A stretch of DNA of 63,048 nt, filler included. It is 10 parts of 10 records of this genome, joined end to end, with 100 filler letters (N's around TTAATTAATTAA, not from the genome) between each part and the next. Parts side by side here need not be neighbours in the genome. Positions count along the whole stretch, not along the records: positions 54,512 to 59,237 come from SRR7504441_9422; positions 59,338 to 63,048 come from SRR7504441_9427; 8 more parts are not named here. One strand, given 5' to 3'. Position numbers and translations under genes: made by a program. This document shows, piece after piece, positions 56,460 through 63,048 of this stretch (the first letter of the stretch is position 1; each line of letters opens with the position of its first letter). The notes under the pieces were generated by a model, which saw only the letters and a list, made by a program, of their open reading frames with translations, did not search any database and was not told the origin of the DNA.

Positions 56460-58610
56460 TCATAAAACCGAGATGAGGTCAACTACGAAAACAAGCGTAG
56501 AATGCGCCGGGACTTCACCTTCTCGCATGTCACCATAGCCCAAGTTGGCAGGGATAGTCAACTTTGCCTTGCCCCCAGCCTTCATTAGCTGGAGACCTTC
56601 ACTCAAGCCTCGTATCACGCTGCCTAGGATCCATTCGTTTCTCCCGGAGTCAAAGACCGTTTTGTTAGACAATAAGGCCCGATACTTAACCTCCACTGTG
56701 TCCTTTGGCCCGGGCTTCTTCCCGCGGCCTGCCTTCATCTCCCGGAAGACAAGTCCTGATTCGGTCCTGGTTGCCCCATCTTCATCTGCTGCTTTCTTTA
56801 ATGCAGCCTCCCCCGCAGCTCTTGCCTCCTCGGCCGCCTCCTCGTCCTGCTGGTCCGCTTCATCGTCTTCCTCTATCCCCTGATACTCCATATAGCTTTC
56901 ATGGGCCTTCCCCTCAAAGAAGCAGTCTTTGTACTTCCACAGCTGGTCAAACGGTGTAGAAAGCCCATTCGTTCCTTCGCGTACAATCTCCTCGGTCAAC
57001 TCTTCCACCCCGCAATCGCCCTTCGCCTCTCGCACGCTCCGAATGAACTCCTCAAACTTCAGCTTCTCCTTGCACGCCTTGTTCATCCGATTGACAGGCA
57101 CCAGCGCATCCTCGAGCGCCTTCTTCATTGCCGCCGTGTCCATCCCCATCCCAATCAGCACCAGTTCGGACCTTCGGTCGCCCCACACCGGATCGTCACC
57201 TGCACCCTCACCATCCGTGCGGGCCTTCTTGCTCTGTTCCTGTTTGACTGGCTCATATCCGACATCTCTAGGGTCATAGCCGGCTTCGAGCACCGCAGCT
57301 CGGAACGGCTGGCCGGGGTCCAAACTAAATTGGCGCCCCACCGAGTGCCACTCCATCTTGAACGCGCAGCAATTCGCCAGCCAGACCTGGCCCTTGCTCC
57401 GGATCACCCCTCCAAACACGCTCCGGCTCTCCCCATCGGCTGCCTCGTCCTCCTCTGAATCCGCTGCCTCCTCCTCCTCCGAATCCTCTGCCTCCGAGGC
57501 ATCGCCCGACGGCACGACCACGCCTTTGAGACTCCCAAACCCGTTCAGAAGCTTCTCCAGCTTCTCTGGCACAAAAGGCCTGCTTGCCCTAAAGACGAGT
57601 GACGACACTCCATACTCTTCAGTCTCTGGCGTGTGCTGCGTCCCATTCTCGAGCTCCTGCCGCCACCCAGCGCTCTTCTCGGCTTTGTCGAAATCAAAGA
57701 GCCCTGTGCCAAGCACCTTCTCCGCTGGCACTGAGCACCGTTCTGTCCAGTAGAGTCTCGCCACCTGCAACCCGAGATGTCAATAGATTGCCCAAAGGAG
57801 TGTCACCGGGTTGAGTTTGCGCACCACCCCTTCGATCCGGTTCCGCTCGAGACTCGAGCCTGTCAGGTCGCTCTTGTTTAGCAGGATCACGTCAGCGAAC
57901 TCGATTTGATCCACAAGCAGGTCGACTATGGTCCGCTCGAGGTCGATGCTGCCATCGGTCACTTGCTCCGCTTCGCTTCGACTAAATCGCGAATCCCCAA
58001 GATTCCGGAGCGAGCCCAGCACCTCCCAGATGTGTGCGGAGTCCACCACCGTCACCATGGTATCAAGGCGGGCAACCTTCTGCAGCTGGAGGGCCTGCAC
58101 CGCCAGGTTGCGGCCGCGCTCAGGTACACTACTGTCATGGGCATCAGGGGGCACGTCGGGATCGCGGGCCATCTCCTCGAGCTCCTGCAGGCTGTGGCAG
58201 AAGGTCTGGGCAACCGGGACCGGTTCGGAGATCCCGGTGGATTCGATGATCAAATACTCGAATCGCTCGGGCGCCTGGGCCAATTGGTACACTTGCTCAA
58301 CCAGGTCCTCGCGCAGAGTGCAGCAGATGCAGCCGTTGCTCATCGACACCATCTTGGGCGCCGCGGTGCTCGCGCTGCTCGACAGGGCGTGCTGCACCGC
58401 TCCGGCGTCGACGTTGAGTGCGGCCATGTCGTTGACGATCAGTGCCAGGCGCAGCCCCTGCTTGTTGTGCAGCAGGTGCGAGAGCAGCGTGGTCTTGCCG
58501 GCTCCCAGGAATCCAGAGAGCACCGTGACCGGCAGCCGCCTGTCCGGTTCGACTTGCCGGTCCGGTTCGACTTGTAATTTGCGCTTTTCCCCTGCGCTGT
58601 TCCCGCGCAT
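56460..58610 (-). CDS. COG0523/CobW (G3E) GTPase metallochaperone fused to a C-terminal FKBP-type PPIase
   Basis: GFLGAGKTT, NGCICC, IESTG, NKSD, CobW_C (RSKG, WGDRRSELVLIG), then FKBP (TESGL...VFDS...VIRGLSEGLQLM...IPANLGYG...STLVFVVDLI). One intron at 57765-57806. Confidence 0.9.
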
Positions 58611-58703
58611 TTTCGTGGGCGTCCCTCGTCGCGCCTCGCTTTGACGTCCGTTACCAGGGCTGCCGTTGGGCCGGGGACAAGCGTGTGCAGTGGAGGGGGT
58701 CGG

Positions 58704-59237
58704 ATGAAAAAGCACCGCGGGCTGAGGCGCCCGCGACGCACGCCGAGCCCGCGCGCAGCGAGCCCACGCGTACCGCGCGCACCGAGCACACGCGTGCCGC
58801 GTTCGCGGGCTGGTTCTCCGCGGCCGGACAAGACGCCGGTGCTGGACCGGGGCAAGCCCGAACTGGTGCAGGAGGTCCGCTCTGGCCGGCGGCTGGTGCT
58901 GCAACCAGTGGAGGGGGCGGTGGTCAGGCTTCGGGGCCGCGCCACCAGCCCGGCTGACCTCAGGAGCGCGATCGAGGAGGCGTTCGTCACCGGCTCGACC
59001 AAGCAGCAATCCCAGACTCAGGAGGCGCTGCGCGAGATGGGGGTCCGGTGGGATCGGACCAAAGTAGGCTCTCCCAAGTACAGAGACTCGATCGTCCAAG
59101 TCTGGCGGGAAAGATACGGCTGGAAGCTGCAGGCTGGAGGGGATGCTGCGGCTGCGCTACGCACAATGCTCAACAGTTCGGCCAGCCCACCAGCCAGCCC
59201 GCCAGCTAGCCCTCAGCAAGGTGCTCGCAGCCCACCA
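58704..59237 (+). CDS. Hypothetical protein, 3' truncated
   Basis: Open frame from ATG 58704 to the linker, divergent from the CobW gene. Confidence 0.5.
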
Positions 59238-59533
59238 NNNNNNNNNNNNNNNNNNNNNNNNNNNNNNNNNNNNNNNNNNNNTTAATTAATTAANNNNNNN
59301 NNNNNNNNNNNNNNNNNNNNNNNNNNNNNNNNNNNNNGGCGGCGGCCGGGATGAGTTTCGACCCAGTTTTCGGAAGCCAGGGAGGATTATTTGCAGTGCG
59401 CTTGGCCTGATTTTATGAAAAGTGCTCTTGGCCTGATTCTACCCCCTTTTGCATGTAGCGACCTTGCTTTGAGCCATTCTCTCCGGCTTGTACCATGTAA
59501 CGGAAGAACGAACGCGCCGACGAGATCTGTCGG

Positions 59534-62500
59534 ATGTTTCAGTTCGGCTCAAGCCCAGCGGAGTCCGATCCAGACGGCTTTACCTTCGGCACTCCAGCCG
59601 AACCGCCCAGTCGGGAAGGCTCCGGCGATGCTGCGCTCTTCGGGCCGTTGGAAGTCGACGACATTCGGGCTGCGCTGGTTGGGCGGGTGCCTCTGATCGG
59701 GCGCGCCACACTGCGGGCGAGCTGCCGCTTCCTGCAGCAATGCGTGGCCAGCCAGGCATGGGCGAGCCTGATTCTGGCCGGTGGCATCGAGGTTGATCTG
59801 GACCGGGGGGGGACCGGTAGTTCTGGCCCCGCGGCCCAGCTGTGCGATGCGGTGCATGCGCTCTCGCCGGCGAGCATGCAATGGTATGCATTGCCCCGAT
59901 TAACCTGCGCGCGGGCCGAAGCAGCCATGTGCTGGGCCGGGGACGGAAGGGCGGTGGTGGCGGGTGGGATCTCTGAGCTCAACTCGAACGCGCGCGCCAA
60001 CCTGAGTCAGTTTGTAGATGTGGACACCACAATGCGAGGACAGCCGGAATTTGAGCGCGGGGAGTACGACTTTCGAGGCCGGATCTCGCAGTGCGGGGCA
60101 ATCACCGGATCTGCGGAGATGTTCAGCACCCGCGCCAACTGCTGGACCGAACTGCCGGTGCTGCCCATGCCTGTGTCTGGAGCCCGAGCTTGGTGGTGTG
60201 CAAGTCGGAGTGAGGTATGGATCATAGGCGGCACCCTGACGGAGTTCAGCGCCGAAGACGAGCAGGTGGAGCAGTTCAGTTCGCAGGTGCAGGTGCTTGA
60301 CCTGAAGAGCAACACGTGGCAGGCCTCACCCGCAGTGCCATCCATGCACCGCCCTCGCACCGAGTTTGGGCTCTCCAGTACGCCAGCCGGGATCTTCGTC
60401 GCGGGCGGTACTAACGAATACTGTACAGGCCGTCCGCTGACGGCCGAGCTGTTTGATTTGAAGACCGGCGTCTGGGTCGAACTGGCACGGGATCCCAGGT
60501 TGGGGGGCGAGAGGATTGGTTGCAGCTGTGCAGTGCTCGGGGATAAGGTGTATGTGTGTGGCGGGATGGCTGTCGAAGAGGACGCAGCCCACAGGCTGGG
60601 TGCCTCTGGTCGGTTTATCATGGATGATTACGATAATCCTACGGAGACAGGCACATCTGATTTGCTGTGGGAGCCAAACTCGGATGAAGAGTACGATGGC
60701 TGCGACCAGCCACCCCGGGTGGCTCGAGTGAACAAACTGGCTGTGTTCTCACTCAGTTCTCAGCAGTGGCTTTGTCATGAGCCAGTGTTCCCTTCAGCCA
60801 AGACCCACGGTTGTGCTGCTAACATAGGAGGACCTACCATCGCGCTCTTGGGAGGTTCTGCAGAATTTTATAACAATCCTGGAATCTACCCCACGCACAG
60901 CACCACTGGCGATTTTCAGGCGATCGACATTGATTCAGAAACGGACAAATTGGGCACATGCAGGTGCGATGTCACCCCGTTCCGAGTCGCAGGTGCAGCC
61001 GCTTGTCCTGTCCTATCGGACCACCTTGAAGCAGCTGCTAGAAGACATGGATGGACCACTCCCAAACTCTCTCTCCGTGACCGAGTCGAGCTCCACTCCA
61101 TGAAAAATGCCAGTTATAACGGCAGGCAGGGCATAATCAAGCGGGAACCGGGAAATTGCCGATGGGGCGTCGAGTTGCTTCCAGAGTTGAAGCTGATATC
61201 TGTTAAGGCGGAGAACCTTCTGCTGCTCTGCCCATCTGATGTCGTGAATGGTCTAGAGGAGGAATTTTATGACGCTGTAGGTCTTGATGAGGCCCCAGAT
61301 ATTGCTGATGAAGAAATATTGTATCACGGGCCAACACATCACGACTTTTCGATTTGGGCTCAACATCGCCCACCATACGTGCATCAGCCGCACGACCCCC
61401 GTGACTATCCAGACCGGGGCCGGAGGAGTGCGATAGAGGCTGAAAATGTCCACTGCAGACCTGGAGCCGCCATGCGGTGCGGTCACGCCTTGCTAGAGGC
61501 ACGTGGATGTGCGTTGCTTGACTACGTCAAACGGGTGAGCGACCACAACTTTGCAATGTATGGCACCGTGGTATGTGGCGACAGCTTAAAGCTGAGCTAT
61601 ACGACCAGGGTCAACAGCGCCCACTGGATGCCGCGACGTGGCCTGGAAGCAGAACTGGGTAGAGGCCCCGACAGCGAGGTGGTCGACCTGGTGCACATTG
61701 ACTGGATAGACCCGCGCAATGGGCGTGACATCCTACCAGCTCAACAGCTCGACACATGTATCAACTCATCTTCGGCGTGCAATATCTCAGCGGCATTCTT
61801 TCATGCGTCTAATTCTGTCACAGCCCGGCACTTGAAGCTCGTCGGCAAAAACTTTACAGCCTTGAGAGTGCTAGCAGTGACAGAATGTGTGCAGCTCGAC
61901 GATGCCGCGGTAAAGCACCTGAAAAGTCTGCGCACTCTTCGAGGGCTGCGCCTGACTGCATGTGCAATCACTGATCGGACTGTGCAGCAGCTGTCTCAAA
62001 TGGAGCTCGAGTGGTTGGATCTTTCTCTCAATGCCCGCCTGACAGATGGCGCATTGCAGCATTTATCTTCAGGCAACACATCTGGATCATTGAAGGTGCT
62101 GTGCATTGAAGGCAGTCACACATCGTTCTCAAGAGCTGGGATGATCAAATTGAGCGGATGCCAAGCGCTAAAGGTTCTGATTTCTGAGCGCAAATCCATT
62201 GGTGTCGCTACGATCGCTCATCTACTCAAAGCAGGCTGCCCTCTCAAACATACAATGGCTAATGCGGATGTCAGTAGAGCCGCAGTTAGTATCTTGGAAT
62301 CGCAGCCCAATGTTGCGCAATGCGTCAAGTCATGGTGCTTTACTTCATCACCTGATCTGCCTCCAACCTCTGCTTATATTCCGAGAATTGTCTCTCACTA
62401 TCATTGGCTCACCGAGATTGATCTTGGTCAAGGCTGCATTGAATCGGCTAGCCTGCGGCTACTTGCAAATTCACCTATCCGGCGTACTCTGCGAAGATTG

Positions 62501-62884
62501 AGCTTGCCCTTCTGTGAGGGAGTGGGCAATCCCGAGTCGCTAATGCAGATATCTCGATTCGAAGGTCTGGTTGACCTTGATTTGAATGGATGTCTTGGAT
62601 ATGGACCGTGTGAGGGCGGTGACCCTGGTGATAAGCCCGGCAACACAAAAGCCCTGATCACGATCAGCCAGAAATGCTCTAAGCTCCATACGCTGGATCT
62701 ATCCTTCAGTGAGGAGAGCTTAGAGGTCATGGCTACGATTGTAAGCAACTTGTCAGAGCTCCGAACATTCATCTTGAAGGCGTGCTATGACGGTGTTGAA
62801 TACCCTAATGTACTGCAACAAGCTGTCATCGCCCGAGGTGGGACCTTATGTTCCGACTTCGAGATTGTGTGGGATCGCAATTGA
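59534..62884 (+). CDS. F-box-like + Kelch propeller + SH3-like + LRR protein
   Basis: Intronless 1116 aa. RATLRASCRFL F-box-like helix, Kelch GG...W repeats, DRVELHSMKNASYNGRQG module, and FBXL-type LRRs (LRGLRLTACAITD, LEWLDLSLNARLTD). Confidence 0.8.
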   Translation: MFQFGSSPAESDPDGFTFGTPAEPPSREGSGDAALFGPLEVDDIRAALVGRVPLIGRATLRASCRFLQQCVASQAWASLILAGGIEVDLDRGGTGSSGPAAQLCDAVHALSPASMQWYALPRLTCARAEAAMCWAGDGRAVVAGGISELNSNARANLSQFVDVDTTMRGQPEFERGEYDFRGRISQCGAITGSAEMFSTRANCWTELPVLPMPVSGARAWWCASRSEVWIIGGTLTEFSAEDEQVEQFSSQVQVLDLKSNTWQASPAVPSMHRPRTEFGLSSTPAGIFVAGGTNEYCTGRPLTAELFDLKTGVWVELARDPRLGGERIGCSCAVLGDKVYVCGGMAVEEDAAHRLGASGRFIMDDYDNPTETGTSDLLWEPNSDEEYDGCDQPPRVARVNKLAVFSLSSQQWLCHEPVFPSAKTHGCAANIGGPTIALLGGSAEFYNNPGIYPTHSTTGDFQAIDIDSETDKLGTCRCDVTPFRVAGAAACPVLSDHLEAAARRHGWTTPKLSLRDRVELHSMKNASYNGRQGIIKREPGNCRWGVELLPELKLISVKAENLLLLCPSDVVNGLEEEFYDAVGLDEAPDIADEEILYHGPTHHDFSIWAQHRPPYVHQPHDPRDYPDRGRRSAIEAENVHCRPGAAMRCGHALLEARGCALLDYVKRVSDHNFAMYGTVVCGDSLKLSYTTRVNSAHWMPRRGLEAELGRGPDSEVVDLVHIDWIDPRNGRDILPAQQLDTCINSSSACNISAAFFHASNSVTARHLKLVGKNFTALRVLAVTECVQLDDAAVKHLKSLRTLRGLRLTACAITDRTVQQLSQMELEWLDLSLNARLTDGALQHLSSGNTSGSLKVLCIEGSHTSFSRAGMIKLSGCQALKVLISERKSIGVATIAHLLKAGCPLKHTMANADVSRAAVSILESQPNVAQCVKSWCFTSSPDLPPTSAYIPRIVSHYHWLTEIDLGQGCIESASLRLLANSPIRRTLRRLSLPFCEGVGNPESLMQISRFEGLVDLDLNGCLGYGPCEGGDPGDKPGNTKALITISQKCSKLHTLDLSFSEESLEVMATIVSNLSELRTFILKACYDGVEYPNVLQQAVIARGGTLCSDFEIVWDRN

Positions 62885-62923
62885 TAGCCTACTCAGATCT
62901 GACATGATTATCACACAATTTCA

Positions 62924-63006
62924 TATAAGTACATTTATTAGAGCCGTTGTGACAGATCAGGTTATGCGGGCGTCAGGGCTCCGACTTTGTAATAAATGTA
63001 CTTATA
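62924..63006. mobile_element. Candidate 83-bp MITE-like element with perfect 17-bp terminal inverted repeats
   Basis: TATAAGTACATTTATTA (62924-62940) is the exact reverse complement of TAATAAATGTACTTATA (62990-63006). The 49-nt core is GC-richer. Only one copy seen. Confidence 0.5.
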
Positions 63007-63048
63007 CATTTGAACTGAAGTTACTGATTTAGAATAGTAAGTCCTGCT

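Noticed and set aside
324-57806. Introner elements (mobile near-identical introns)
   Set aside because: Introns share length and end motifs, but I saw no pairs with extended sequence identity or terminal inverted repeats.
58541-58576. 18-bp tandem repeat at the CobW N-terminus
   Set aside because: Ordinary in-frame duplication (QVEPDR x2) in a disordered leader.

Overview
This window is not prokaryotic. It is about ten unrelated contigs of a GC-rich, very compact unicellular eukaryote, joined by artificial 100-nt N-TTAATTAATTAA-N linkers. The lineage cannot be assigned from the sequence alone. Genes use the standard code, are split by tiny (about 35-50 nt) spliceosomal introns with frequent GC-AG donors, and mostly alternate head-to-head (short GC-rich spacers) and tail-to-tail (AT-richer spacers). 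Recognisable genes: ankyrin/SET (G9a-like) methyltransferase, LSM1, SRSF1-like splicing factor, DM15 (LARP1-type) protein, SUZ12-like PRC2 subunit, a giant NACHT-WD40 multidomain protein, MYCBP-like, JmjC, Snapin, DHX16/Prp2, an ankyrin protein, GH79, PHB-depolymerase-like esterase, PTPLA-like, bacterial-type fused TrpE-TrpG, a metallophosphoesterase, a beta-helix protein, an HSL-type esterase, FYVE-C2-membrane protein, PLAC8, CmcJ-family oxidoreductase, a CobW-FKBP fusion, an F-box/Kelch/LRR protein and a tRNA 3' fragment. The strongest unexplained signal is non-coding. Intergenic spacers on six different contigs carry a stereotyped scar: a 9-bp direct repeat, different each time, separated by exactly TA. 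There are 12 perfect copies plus degenerate, nested and variant copies. This looks like the footprint of an unidentified insertion/excision or break-repair system that adds 11 bp per event.
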